Shown: piece by piece, positions 13,380 through 26,960 of the stretch
Position numbering within the stretch: position 1 is the stretch's first letter
Layout: each line of letters begins with the position of its first letter
NCBI RefSeq assembly: GCF_006345805.1
Contig: NC_042998.1
Span: forward strand, 72,974,001-73,038,000
DNA: 64,000 nucleotides
From: Octopus sinensis
Taxonomy: Eukaryota
Direction of reading: 5' to 3'
Translations under genes and position numbers: made by a program
Notes under the pieces: model-generated
Databases searched by the model: none
The model's input: only the letters and a program-made list of their open reading frames with translations
Told to the model about the DNA's origin: nothing

Positions 13380-13650
13380 TTAAATACATTTAATTTCCCA
13401 AATTAAACTATAATTAATATTTAGTGATTTAAGACTCCAAATGTACTTACTAAGTCCGGTTGAGTTGATTAAGTTTTTATTTTTAAAAGAATTCATATGT
13501 TGTGCGATTCTTAGTTTTATTTTTGAGGAAGTAGAACCTATATAAACCGCTTTTGGGTAATTATTATTCTTAAAGTTATTATCATGTAATGTAACTATAC
13601 ATTTATACACTACATCGTTAATATCACAATTATTATTATCATGGTTTTTT
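13380..13650 (-). pseudogene. Penelope-like GIY-YIG endonuclease fragment
   Basis: NDVVYKCIV..AVYIGSTSSKIKLRIAQHMNSFKNK..STGLSKYIWSLK..LIWEI, colinear with the 53398 ORF (GVVYRAKV..RFYSHKNSFK..SLAKYVWELK..VTWNI). Confidence 0.85.
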
Positions 13651-14508
13651 TTAGGGAATTCGTGGTAATTTGTCTATTTTCGATGTTGGTTGTTTTATTA
13701 CATTGTTTCATTCATAATTTTTGAGTGGTGTTCGTTTTGCCACGTGAATATTATTTTTAATTCCATTTATTCCATTTCTCCATTCATTATTTTAAAAGAT
13801 GTTCGTTTCCAGAGCGGTTATACTTTTTATACATATGTTAAGTTCCTTGGTAAAGTAATTTTGTTTGGTGTATATGTTGAGGCTTATATGTACTTGTGGG
13901 TGTGTGTGAGTGGGGTGGATGTTGTATTTGTTATGGGTGTGTGGTTTACGTGTGTGTATTTGTGTGTGATGTATAGGTTAAAGGGATTGCTATATAAGTA
14001 TGTTATAGTGTTTAGTAAAGGGAGGTTTTATCATTATGTTTTGTGAGTTTTAGCTTATCATGGTAGTTTTTTAAAAGAATCCATTCATAATTTTTGTGTT
14101 TTTTGTCGTGTGGGTTGAGTGGGTTTTTGGAGTATATGTTGAGGTTTATATGTATGTATAGGTATGTGTAAGTGGTGTGGGTATTAGTATATGTCGTGGG
14201 TGTGTGGTTTACGTGTGTGTGTTTGTGTGTGAATGTTTAGGTTAGGGGGATGCTATATAGGTATGTTATAGAGTTTAGTAAAGGGAGATTTTATCATTAT
14301 ATGTTTTTATGAGTTTTGGTTTATCATGGTAGGTTTGTTAAGGAATTCGTAGTAATTTGTGTCTATTTGCGATGTCTGTTGTTTTATTGCATTGTTTCAT
14401 TCATAATTTTTAAGTAGTGTTCGTTTTCCCAAGTGAATATAATTTTTAATTCCATTTATTCCATTTCTCCGTTCATAATTTTAAGTGATGTCCGTTTTCT
14501 AGAGCGTG
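13636..14508. repeat. A-B-B'-A' direct duplications in a T/G-rich tract
   Basis: 13636-13818 resembles 14323-14508; 13862-14075 resembles 14125-14330. Confidence 0.8.
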
Positions 14509-14941
14509 AATGTGGGTGTTGTGTGTGTGTGTGTGGGAGTATGAATAAGTATTGTGTTGAAGTATTTAGCTTTTTATTTATTTAAGTTGCCTAGACGTTT
14601 TTATGTGTATGTATAGGGATATATATATAGGGGTGTGATTTAGTGTATGTAGTTAGATATGGTTATATATAATTAGGTATATGTGTATGGGTGTATATAT
14701 AGTTTATTATTATATTATTATTATTTTTTTGTTTTGTTTTATATTTTATATTTTATATTTTATATTTTATATTAAATGTTGATAGGTTTATTTTAGTTTA
14801 TATATTGTTTATATATTGATTATATATGGATTATATATAGGTTATATATGGATTATATATTTATATTTTTTCATTCATACTTTAATTATTTTAAAATTAT
14901 TATTTTTATATTTTAAAATATTGATATTTTAGATTGGAAGT

Positions 14942-14984
14942 CCACCTGAAGATTGTCGATCAAGACAAGAAACAATTGTAGTGG
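14942..14984 (+). ncRNA. Minimal type I hammerhead ribozyme, intact core
   Basis: CCAC-CTGAAGA-TTGTC/gatcaa/GACAA-GAAA-C AATT G-TA^GTGG: stems I and II pair, stem III is the palindrome ACAATTGT, predicted cleavage after A14980. Confidence 0.85.
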
Positions 14985-15224
14985 TGGTTTTTTTGACTAT
15001 TTATTAAAATTTTATGTATTGATTAAGTCTTTCCTTGTTTGTTTTGCAAAATAGTGGTTTTGTCTCTAATAATATTTTATAATATTTTACTATAAAATTG
15101 GATTTAATCCTAAATCTGATTTTTCCTCCCTGTAAATTTGGATTTATTCCCTAATATTTATTATATATATATATAGATATATTTACATATTTATATACAT
15201 ATATATATATATACACATATACAT

Positions 15225-15257
<33 letters not shown>

Positions 15258-16066
15258 CATGTATTTAAGCCTATCTATATGTACTCACACATATATATAT
15301 ACTTATATATACATGTACACCCCCCTCACACACATATATATCCATAAATATATACACATATATAGATATACACACACACGCACAGACACACACATACTAA
15401 TATTTATTATATGACACTATGATATTGCAACACCAATTTTATGTAACCACGCTATGTAGGCAGCACTTCCCTTTATTTCTGGTTGTAAAAATAAATTACT
15501 ACCTATATTGTTGAGAAAAGGATGTTTAGTATATTTTTCTTTCAAAAGAAAACATATGATGGTATAGCAACAAATTTCTCATACACAAATCATTACAATA
15601 CGAAAGTATTTTGAAATATTTTTATATGACCCATAAACATTGCCCATCTGGTAATATTTAAGTATATTACAACGATTTATTTTTCTATATATACGGTTAT
15701 ACATAGGTGTATGTCTTCATTATAATTATTTTTGCGACAGCTACATTTCATATGCCGGTATTGAGTATATGTTTTGTGTATGGGTGCACTCGTGTGTGCT
15801 GTTATACACCATAATATATTAATAAGTGCGTATATAGAGGTTATATTGGTATTTGGAGAGTATTGTGCAGAACAAGCTCAACTATTTTCCTATTGTGTAA
15901 ACAAATATCTTGTGTCAGTTAAAAGTAAGGGCTTCTGCTCTTTTGTCAAATAGATAGATAGTTATTCATAATGTTTAGGGGAATATACATTAAAAATCAT
16001 CTCTCTCTCTTCCTTACTTTCCCCATGTATGCATTTGCTTATTTGTGTTGGTGTGCATATATATAT

Positions 16067-16142
<76 letters not shown>

Positions 16143-16449
16143 GTGAGAGAGATACATGCATACATATATAAATGTGTGTATGTGTATATATATATATGAG
16201 TAGAGAGAGAGAGAGAGATACATACATAAATATATATATGTATATATATGCATATGTATATGTGTGTATGTGTGTGTGTGTGTATACGCTAATCTCTCCA
16301 GCATTGATTCTTCTACTAAATAACAAATAAAAACTGTTACACGTAATCAATTCAAACCTAGAGTAAAATGCTTAGAAACATTTAAAATACAGCTAAAACA
16401 GTGTATGACTAGATGTTTTATCTCTTAAAATTTAGGAATTGCATTGTAT

Positions 16450-16710
16450 ACTACCAGAATGAAATAATAAAATCTCACGTCTAATGGATCCTAGTATTTC
16501 TGAGCTGGTAGGAGATAGCTCGTAAATAGCACGAGATGAAATGAAAAAAAATAAAGTCTAGTATGTCTCGAAAAATACAACCGAAAAATTTTAAAAGAAA
16601 ATTGTATAATATATTCAACTTTCTGCCAAACAAACTCAGAGATTCTTGAGTGCAGTTATGGAGGTCTTCAAAGGGTTTCCGGACAAACTTTCATCCGAGA
16701 TACCAGAGAA
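16450..16710 (+). mobile_element. Decayed CR1-like LINE 3' remnant
   Basis: IFNFLPNKLRD..FK..DK..EIPEKP resembles LFNIVPREIKE..FKRSLDRFLQRIPDKP at 42770-42870; needs frameshifts. Confidence 0.4.
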
Positions 16711-16759
16711 AACCATATTTTACACGTTTGGTGTGGGCATCTGAGAGAATCGTTAGCAA

Positions 16760-16885
16760 GACGGAAAAATCCTTAGCGGCATTGAGTTTATGTTCTGAGG
16801 TCAAATTTCACTGAGGTCGACTTTACCTTTCATCCTTTCGGAGTGATGAGATAAGTATCAGTTGAACTCTAGGGTGGATATAACC
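16760..16885 (+). mobile_element. Decayed SINE (21489 family)
   Basis: GAGGTCGACTTTACCTTTCATCCTTTCGG is shared with 21579-21606. Confidence 0.7.
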
Positions 16886-18960
16886 TTCTTACACCTAACA
16901 CGAATTATTTTTGGATGATATACACTCACTAAACTGTTTATAATCTAAAGAACCGAACTCAAGTGTTATACATCGGATGAAATACATTGGAATTAAATGG
17001 TCAGACGTTATTCCTTACCATTCGATGCGGTCAGAGTGTTTCAACCTGCTTGCATGCATACATACATAACTACCTATATACGTGCATGCATACATACAAA
17101 CATACATATATACAGGAGTACGTACATATATACAGGAATGCATATATATATATATATATATATATACAGGAATACATGCATGCATATATATACAAATAAA
17201 ATTTGAATCCGATAGATTCAAAATATTCAAATAGCAAAAGAACCAAGGTAGAGTCGGGGATAGCGGACCTAACAATATGCACTAACAATATCTAGGGACT
17301 CAAACGTGTTTATTAAAGTATATATAGATTTATTCCTGCAGTTATGCAACACATTCGCTAGTACTGACCGAATACACAACTTGTACGCAAAATCACATAT
17401 AAGTGCACATATGACACGTCGACTACAGGCTCAAGATCCAACGCAAGAAAGTTTCGGAGTGTGGGTTGAGTTTCAGTACAGCTGTTTCGGATGTGTTCTT
17501 TATTGATAAACAAAAATATTACATCATGTAAAAAACCGGGTTTTTTTTAGGTGAATTAAGAGTAAAATTTTACACTTAGGATTTTTAACATAAAAAGAAC
17601 ATAATGCAAGTTAACCTTTCCATCTTGTTTACGATCGCGAGAGTGAATAGCGAATGTTATCTCAAAGTAAATATACATGGTACTAAATCAATGAAGGAGT
17701 GAAACAGAGAAAGGAAATGAAGGGCAAGAGAAAGGGAGGAAATGGAAAGAGAAAAGGAAAAAGGTTTCTGGAGAAAGAAGAGACACAACTAATCGTCTCT
17801 TCTTGAACCAAGTTTATCCACACATCAAAATTATTTTTCTTTTCATCACATTACGTCGGTTTCCCTGTTTATCTGCTCCCATTCTGTTCCCTTTTAGCAT
17901 CTTTCAAATATTCCCTGTTATTATTATATACTGTTTTCATAGACAGTGAATACAAAATACTTTCGTTCACTGATTTTGTAATCGACTCAGTTTAACCTAT
18001 AACCAACTGAATTCATTTTCTAGGATTGGCTGAGAATAAGAAAAAATCTAAGAACGCTGCAGGAGTAAAAAATGCATTAATGACATGACTGGAAATTAAC
18101 ATTAATTAATGTGTTATCATTTTTCATGCAACTACATTTTCTTTTGTTTGTTTTCTTTCTTTATCTATTTATTTGCTTTGTTTTTTTATTGTGCAAAAGT
18201 TTTCATATACAAGAAAATATAATGCTAATAATGTGTATTATAACAATTGTCACAAAAATATTATTTGCCCTATTCCATTTTAATTAGATTTCTTAAAGTT
18301 ATTTCAGAAACGTTCCTGATTGATCACATTCTCAGCGTTCACAATTTCAATGCAGGAATTATCAGAAAAAAAGTGCTCAGATCTTTATTATTTAATCTCG
18401 TCTGTGTTGAATAGCTGGTTTTTTAAAAAATGTAATTCTATAGACATTGAATATTTAATCATAATTCCATTCATTTATTAGAAAAACAGTATTTGCTGCC
18501 TTTCAGCTAAACATGATTTATAGCATCACAATACAAATTATCGTCTGTAACAATATTTTATACCCATGATATTTTTGTAAATATATGTAGTTATTTTAAT
18601 TAATAAAATATAAAACAAGATACATATAATTTCTGTTAGAAAATAAAACATAAAAATATTTCAGCGACAGAAATACTTTCACATTGATGTTGTGTGTAAG
18701 CAGGATATCAATTTTATAATAACAATTGAGATCTAACAACTGTGATTTACAGTTGTTGCTAACCCGCAATTGTGCGCACACAGAAGCACATAAACACACC
18801 TGTATATCTACAAAAGCATTAATATATGGATATATCTATGTTTATTCATATATAAGTGTCTGAATGTATGTATATATGCGTGTGTGCGTGCATGTGTGTT
18901 TCTGTGTGTGTGTGGGTCTGTGTGTGTGAGTGTGTGTGACTGTTTTATATATATATATAT

Positions 18961-19037
18961 ACTTTATTTAAAAGCAGCAGAAATTTAACAAAAGCTGTTA
19001 CTCGGAGTTTCACGTCCCGTTCGACGGACAGTTTTGT

Positions 19038-19038
<1 letters not shown>
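18961..19038 (-). mobile_element. ~78 bp PLE 3'-end remnant consisting almost only of a mutated hammerhead, inside (TA)n
   Basis: Homologous to 52218-52292. Minus strand CTGT-CCGTCGA-ACGGGACGT-GAAA-CTCCGAG-TA^ACAG (two core substitutions versus CTGACGA). Confidence 0.75.
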
Positions 19039-19100
<62 letters not shown>

Positions 19101-19229
19101 TATATATATACGGTTAAGTAATTGAGATTCTAGTGAATTCTAAGAATTCACATGAATATGGTCCTTAACTAGGATGCACCGGAAATCTATATGGTGTTAA
19201 CCATACGACAAGTGGGGTGATTACAAATA

Positions 19230-20548
19230 GGAAAAAAGCAACAAGAATGGATTAAAACCTCGGTACGATCGTTTCGTACGAGGACATCTTTAATAAGCTA
19301 CACAAAATGCAGTGAATACAGATGGCTCATACTCGTCAGCCGAAAAAACATCAGAGAATTCCCAAACATCAAAGGGTAGATACAAAGAGGTTGTAAGATT
19401 AGCTGCATTGAAGAAAGTTCGATTCATGGAGATCCGATGAAAGGTTTTAAACCTATAGAATTTATGCATGTCTACATATAGCTCATATTGAATATTTGAT
19501 CGTTTGTTTGAAGAAATTTTCGGATACAGTCATGCAAAATTTCTGAAATCCGAGTAAGAGGCAAAGTGACTGCCATATCATGTAGCGGAAAGTCTGAGTA
19601 AAAGCATATGACTGTCATATCGTGTAAGGAACAGATTGTATTGAAATTTACAAGAATGCAGATAAGTTCGATTTTTTTGGAGATCCGATGAAAAAGTTTT
19701 GAACTTACAAAATATGTGTATGTCCTTATAGTTCATAATCCAGTTTTGTGGAGAGATTTAGGGTACAATCATGCGAAAAATATCAGGGAATCCGAATGAG
19801 AAGCAAAATGACAGTCTTATATTGTAGCGGTTCAGGTTGTTAATGAAATTTTCAAGAATCACAGAAAGAGGAGGAAGGAGGTAGAAATTTAATCAGTTAC
19901 TGCTATTTAAGCTGTCAAAGAGAAAGGAAAGGGGAAGCTAAGGGGATGGGCACAAGTTGATACTAACAGAAAAAGAAAAGTCTAAGTTTGTTTAGAACAA
20001 AATTCGAACTGAGGTCAACAATTTATTTCTTTATTTATAAATGTTACTATTGAAAGTTCAAAACTTTTTCATCGGATCTCCAAAAAAATCGAACTTATCT
20101 GCGATTCTTGTAAATTTCAATAACAATCTGTTTCCTCTACACGATATGACAGTCACTATGCTTTTACTCAGACTTTCCTCTACATGATATGGCAGTCACT
20201 TTGCCTCTTACTCGTTTTTTTCAGAAATTTTGCATGATGTATCCGAAAATTTCTTCAAACAACTTGATCAAATTTTCAATATGAGCTATATGTAGACATG
20301 CATAAATTCTATAGGTTTTAAACCTTTCATCGGATCTCCATGAATCGAACTTTCTTCAATGCAGCTAATCTTACAACCTCTTTGTATCTACCCCCTTTTG
20401 ATGTTTGGGATTCTCTGATGTTTTTTTTTCGGCTGACGAGTACGAGCCATCTGTATTCACTGCATTTTTTGTAGCTTATTAAAGATGTCCTCGTACGAAA
20501 CGATCGTACCGAGATTTTAATCCATTCTTGTTGCTTTTTTTTTTTTCC
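19230..20548. mobile_element. Non-autonomous foldback / long-TIR element
   Basis: Arms ~19230-19706 and ~20054-20548 are near-identical reverse complements, with TA on both outer flanks, internal ~250 bp sub-repeats, and no ORF in the spacer. Confidence 0.85.
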
Positions 20549-20580
<32 letters not shown>

Positions 20581-21488
20581 GATATGTATATATATATATA
20601 TATAGAGAGAGAGGGAGAGAGAGAGAGAGGGGGAGGAAGGGAGTGAGATATAGCGTATTAGACATTATATGTATGTAGCATATCTTCAGTGTACAATTAT
20701 ATGTTCGACTGTTACTATTGTGTTTAGAGCTAGTTGTAGATTATCATCACGCAGTCTACTTCCAGTGTAGTGATTTAGCCACTTCTCTATTTAATAGTAT
20801 TATTAGTTATGATATACAAATGAAATGTTGGAGAGTTTACCTTAAACACTATTTCTATCATTTGTTTCTACGTACGTTTCGCCATAGTCGCTCTTTAGAA
20901 CTGTGGATTCGATGGTGCACGCGCAATTGGATGCTAAACCATAATGGATTATCAGGAGTACTCTTAATTTCATTCTGTATCGCAATTTTTCCTATATATG
21001 CATGTTTGTATGTATAGCTATAGCCGCTACTATAAGTGGATGGTACTATTTTCGAGTAAACGTATCGGCCTGATAAAACAAATATTCTGTTAACAGTTTA
21101 AGGAATGGAAAAAAAACCTATATGCTTAATGAATTGGTGTACATAGAACATCGTATGTATTTACAATGTCAGTTTGATCTCAAACGTCTTATGTCAAAAC
21201 TCTATTCACTGAATAGAAAAGAACTTAATTATAAACTACTACACAATGCATCATGGTTTTCTTTTCGTTTTTGACTCGTTTACGCTGAAAAAGTTTTCGA
21301 GCGACAACTACAACATGAAAAACGGGAACATTAGTTGGTTCAAGCCACTGTGTTTATAGAAGCAAATGTTGTACACATTTATTCATCGATCAATCTGCAA
21401 AATAAAACAGCTAAATCAAACTCTGTCGTTTCAAAAGTGAAATAACAAGTCGACTGATGTAGCCTTAAATATATTTGACCCTAAGGAA

Positions 21489-21720
21489 GGCGGCGAGCTG
21501 GCAGAAACGTTAGCACGCCGGGCGAAACGCGTAGCTGTATTTTGTCTGCCGTTACGTTGTGAGTACAAATTCCGCCGAGGTCGACTTTACCTTTCATCCT
21601 TTCGGGGTCGATAAATTAAGTACCAGTTACGCACTGGGGTCGATGTAATCGATTTAATCCCTTTGTCTGTCCTTGTTTGTCCTTTCTATGTTTAGCCCCT
21701 TGTGGGCAATAAAAGAAATA
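21489..21720 (+). mobile_element. tRNA-derived SINE, second family, well preserved
   Basis: GGCGAGCTGGCAGAAACGTTAG head, GAGTACAAATTCC B-box-like, central CCTTTCATCCTTTCGGGGTCGATAAATTAAGTACCAG, ends AATAAAAGAAATA. Confidence 0.85.
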
Positions 21721-22884
21721 TATATTTGACCCCAAAATAATGGCATTGTGATGGCTTTAGTGTATAAAGTAAAATCATTATTGATGACATTGCTTAACAA
21801 TAAAAACAACCTGGCATACCTAATTCAATAATATGTTTTACATATCACTTCTAAAATATAACAGAACAGCTCCATGAATTTACTATAATTCGTTGTAATT
21901 ATTAAATATCTCAATTGTTATAATAAATTGATATCCACGCTGGTGAACTACTTATAGATTTTGTGCGATGAGTGAGTGTTTCTTGGTTTACTTTCGTTCA
22001 TAGTTGCAGTTGTTCCTTTGTTTGATCAGCACATTGATAGTGAAAGGTTTGTGTTTTTTTCTTTCTTCTGTCTGTATGTATATGTGTGACTATTTGTAGC
22101 AGTAGTAGCACCCTGCCTGATATACGAGTAGTTACAAACTGAAAGTTAGCTAGATGTGTGTCTTTACGTTCTTAAAATTAATTCAGCACGCAACTTAAAT
22201 ACAAAAAAGCATAATGGAAAAGAAACATAACTGCAACAATTTAAATAACCGCCCACTGAATGCTACAGAAAAATATTTTGTATTCACGATGCTAATGTAA
22301 CATTATGCCAGAGAAGAGAACACGAAACCTCTGCAGGAACAACTCTATAGGAGGCGAATATAACATATATTACTTTACATATATTTAGGCGTTATCTGAA
22401 TGTTATACAGTTATAAATCGATATGAAATCTCAATAAATACTCAATATTTACAGTGAAAGATATTTTGCCTCCGAGAGAAATATACAATTATTTATGGAG
22501 TTCTAAATGGACATTATTCATACGTCAATGCACGTTAATGTTGTATTCAGTGGTGCAACATTCATTTAGCATTTTCAAACTTAATTTATGTTTTAATTAT
22601 AATCTATTTTATTTCTTTATTACAAAGATATAATGAAAATCAAGGAGATTTTTAAACAAGATGAAGTGGCCGATCCCACGAAGGACAAATGTTGTCCAAT
22701 TTTATTGTTAGTACAAACATACAAATATATCTTTTTCACTATTTTATTCGGAGTTTAAGTCAGAAACATTCTAGAGTGTGTGGCACGCGTGTGTCTTTCG
22801 AAATATGGTGAGTGACTGCGAAGGAATGTGGAATACGAAAAACAGGGCATGAAGAAAGAAGAAAAGGAGAAAACTAGTAAGTGC

Positions 22885-23050
22885 TACTGTTGATGATGAT
22901 GATGATGATGATAGTGGTGTTTTGTTGTTGTTGTTGTTGTTGTTGTTGTGGTGGTGGTGGTGGTGGTAGTGGTGGAGGAGATGCAGGAAGAGGAGTAGGA
23001 GGGGAGGAGGTACAGGAGGAAGAGGAGCTGCAGGAGGAGAATTTGGAAGA
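22885..23050. repeat. Compound trinucleotide tract (GAT/TTG/GTG/GAG)
   Basis: Directly visible; source of the low-complexity ORFs at 22874 and 22881. Confidence 0.9.
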
Positions 23051-25789
23051 TGAAGTGGCTTTGTTTCTGAACTGCCGACTATTGAATGTCTGCCTGCAGA
23101 CTATGTATATGGCTAATAAACAATAAGACTGAATGCTTCCCAACTGGCGGTGCTCGCAAAAAGGTGTTTTCTTGCATAGCGTTAGGGACAAGAGCAAACA
23201 AAACAAAACAAAACAAGCAACAGAGTATGATTTAGGACGGTGGACAAGGACAAACAGTCGAACAAAATAAGGCCTTGGGAATAGCGGGTAACGCTTCGAA
23301 AATAGTTTTATAAGACAGCGGTTCAAATCAAAGAATGCACATACGTAATGAAGGACAAACTGATGATGATGATGACGACGTCGATGCCGGCAGCGGCGGT
23401 GGCGGTGGTACGGTTGTGGTGGTAGTGGATGTGGCACTGTTAATATTGTTCAGTTGATGCGGAGAAAGAAGAGAATGAAAAAGAAGAGACAGGAACGGAG
23501 GAGAAGTAGACTAGAGGAAACGATGTTGATGAAGGTGAATTTCAGATATTGCTGCTGATGTCTATGTTATTTGACGAAAATCAATGATATTTTGAGATAA
23601 ATAATGTATGTACTAATAATATTAGTCATATATTGAGAGAGAGAGAGATAGAGAGAGTGAGTGCAAAAACGGTTTTATATGAAGATAAGACAGATAATAT
23701 TTTGTATCTTCCCATTAATGAGAATAAATTACGCAAAACTTACTACATTTTGATTTATTGTTTTAAAATTTGTCTACACATGAAACAACTTAAATGTCAA
23801 TTATTGAATTATTGGGAAGTCTGATAATATCAATTTTGGAATAGTAAAACAGTATACCAAAGGAAATCTATAACTGCTTATTAGTGCCTTATCACAAATA
23901 TTTGTTTACGCCATTACCATCAGACGTGTATAAATACTTGCACACAATTGTGTGACGCAAACAACAGCACCACTAATACAACTTATACGTGAGAACACAT
24001 CAACGCATCATATCGGTATTATACTTACTCCCATCTATACATATTGGCAGCAGTTACATACAGCTTCATTAAAAAGAGGGAGATCACACACATTTATACT
24101 TTACATACCAATATGCGAAGAAAGGGTTTAAGTTGTAGAGACAATATCTATTGCTCCAAATACCATCAACAAAACACTATTTAACATGGCTTATTGAGAA
24201 ACCAGAAGCAATTTCCTGGGAAGACCACTTATTCGAGATGAACTTGTAAATCTGCAGATAAATTAAGTCTCAAATCATAAGCATGTTCTCTTGAGATAAA
24301 GGCCGTTAACAACTTGGAAAAGAATTTTATAAACATCATAGACAAGGTCAGTTTTCTGTAGCCTTCATTGTAACCTGTTTCTAAATTTGTTAACTGATTA
24401 CATGTTACACTTCCATTAATCCACCAACGTACAAATCCTCGTTGACAAACAAAGAAGCAATCTTAAGAAATAGCTTCACCACACACAAATACTTCTTATT
24501 CCAGGCATAAGCCAACTTTCCCAGCGAAACAAAGGATTTAACTACTCTTCTAAAGACAGACCATGTGGACCGCCTGGATAAACCTCTCCTCTGTCTCGCT
24601 TTTTAGAACCAAACCGAAGATCTACATGCAAGCTAGTCAATGGCTCTAATAGCAAAACAGACACTATCTCTAAACCTATACTTGTTGATGTCGACACTGA
24701 CATTATTTAGAGCCACAGATATGATACGATAGATCTGAAACGCTACTGCTACCAAAACAACTCGGGGGTATAGAAAATAAAACAGCCGGTAAAATTATCT
24801 GCTTTTATACTGTCAATTCCTTCCATTATGTATAGAATTCCCTCTGCATGAAAACTATTGATTTTGAGAGATTTTTGAGTTAAATCAGCGACTTGGATAT
24901 CAGAGCGCGAATACACTTCTCCATGTAGCCAAAGTTACTGGCATCGTCGGATTACTGATACAGCATATCGTAAAAACAAAAGCCTTAATCTCATCTCACA
25001 GTTCAAACTGATCACCAATCTGAAGCCATACGAACGGGTATAATTGAATGAGAGAAAGAAGTACATTCGACATAAGCGACATAAGTAAAGTAACCACAGT
25101 CGATGTACTGAATGCCAAATTTACTCCAAATTAAAAGAATACTATACATACAAAATTCTAGCAAACTCTTTATATCCATATAAACAGCTACCACTCCGAC
25201 TGCATTTACGCAGTTAATCGCGATACGGTGATAGCGTTATCAGTAGCATACAATGCGTGAGAATAATGCATGAAGTAGAACATTCATGCAACATTTGCCT
25301 TCCTCCATGTATAGGGGCTGGGAATATTGCACCTCTCACTTCAGATTTTTCTTGTTATTACAGAATGAAATTAAGTTATTCCACCAGTATTACAAGGAGT
25401 ATCATTAATACTATCTATTCTCATGGAGTCTGAAACTTCTCATTAATTCATCAGAGCAACTTCACACACAGCAGCAGCCTGAAGATAGGATAGAATCAGC
25501 AATGGTATCCTCCATTAATGAACATCAGATCATTGCCTTGAATGTTTACTCATACAAAACTGCATGGTAGGCAATTCCCCTTTTACCAAAGTGGAAATAT
25601 TTCCTTCCAATTATCACTTTAGCTTACCAGCACCCACTAAAACTACATCTTATAATTATGCATGTAAAGTTTATGTTACATGACACAACCAGATCGGTAA
25701 CGTCGCCTTCAGAAAAAGTCTCGTTCAAATTGTTATCAGTATCTCTTACCCAATCAACATTCTTCCTAATACAATAAATGAAATTACGG

Positions 25790-26960
25790 CTATTACCACA
25801 TTTGATGTAAATCTATATAGTAAAATTCCACAAAATTATTGAATCGAAGCAATAGAACGCCGGCTAGACATATTTCATTACGAACTACCAGACCATTGAA
25901 CCCATATCAAGGGGATATCACATGATCTGGCAATTTCGGTGGGCGTAGGAGACGATTTTCATCTTCAACATATTGAAAGACAGAACACTATGCTTTAGAA
26001 TGAAGTTTAATAGTGGTGATGGAGAGAAGTACAGTTCATAAAAGCATAAGTGTTAAATTGGCGATCAAAATTACTTTTTGCCATTAAAACTACTTTTGGC
26101 ACACTAAGTTATTTGCTAATAAGCCCAGTGGTTATTTGCGACATGAGAGCCTGAATAGATACTGATATTTTATATAGCATTGAAGGTAGATCCTGTTCTT
26201 ATGCCACTGATTAATAACTGTCTTTGGGTAAACCATAGTATGACGAAATCATGTGATGCGGAGTTTCGGCGGCCGTAGCAGACAATTTCCACCTGTCAGC
26301 GATATAATGAAGCGGCTTTTATGCACCACGTGTTATTATGAGAGATCCTCAAAAGGAAAATAACGCGGCGTTCTAATACAACGTCCACATTAAGTTGGAT
26401 AACAAGATTACCCTTTCGAATTAATACTGTTCTGTCGCTATTAATTATATAATTTCTTATAGATAGCTTCATATTAATTCTCGCAAACAAACTAAATTAA
26501 TCTCAGTAATGCAGCCTACCGAAAATTGCGGAATTCGAAATATGTTGCTCCAACACATGCTAGCTTAACCATAAGATAACATGGTCTAAAAATCTGTACA
26601 AAACCTTGACAAACTTTGGCGATAAATTCAGGTGCTATTTCAAAGATAACTGCTTGGAATTTTTAGTCGTTCGTTTCATTCTCTCAAGGGAAATATTGAC
26701 AGGTTGCGTCAATTCCAAAATCCTATCAAGAGCGTAATCCCTCATGTTCAGTCTAACATAGAGTTCAATGTCGATAAACCACACTTTGTAGATATATTAA
26801 TAACAACAAATGAAATACAGTACTTGATACAGTCATATATTTTAAAATCGACGACCCACTAAAATATTTTATTTTTACATTACGTCATCCGAAATGCATT
26901 CCAAGTAACATTCCATATTAATCTAGCGAAACGAATCTGTACACTTGCGTGAAATCCTAC
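25790..26960 (+). pseudogene. Decayed Penelope-like reverse transcriptase
   Basis: TTFDV-NLYSKIPQNY*IEAI, VAPTHASLT, FVDILI, HPKCIPSNIPY..AKRICT in order, with many frameshifts and a probable internal insertion. Confidence 0.6.

Noticed and set aside
13640-13830. TAA/TAG codons in frame upstream of the GIY-YIG (possible ciliate-type code)
   Set aside because: The upstream peptide shows no PLE homology even with Q readthrough, and other ORFs use the standard code; better explained as noncoding repeat.
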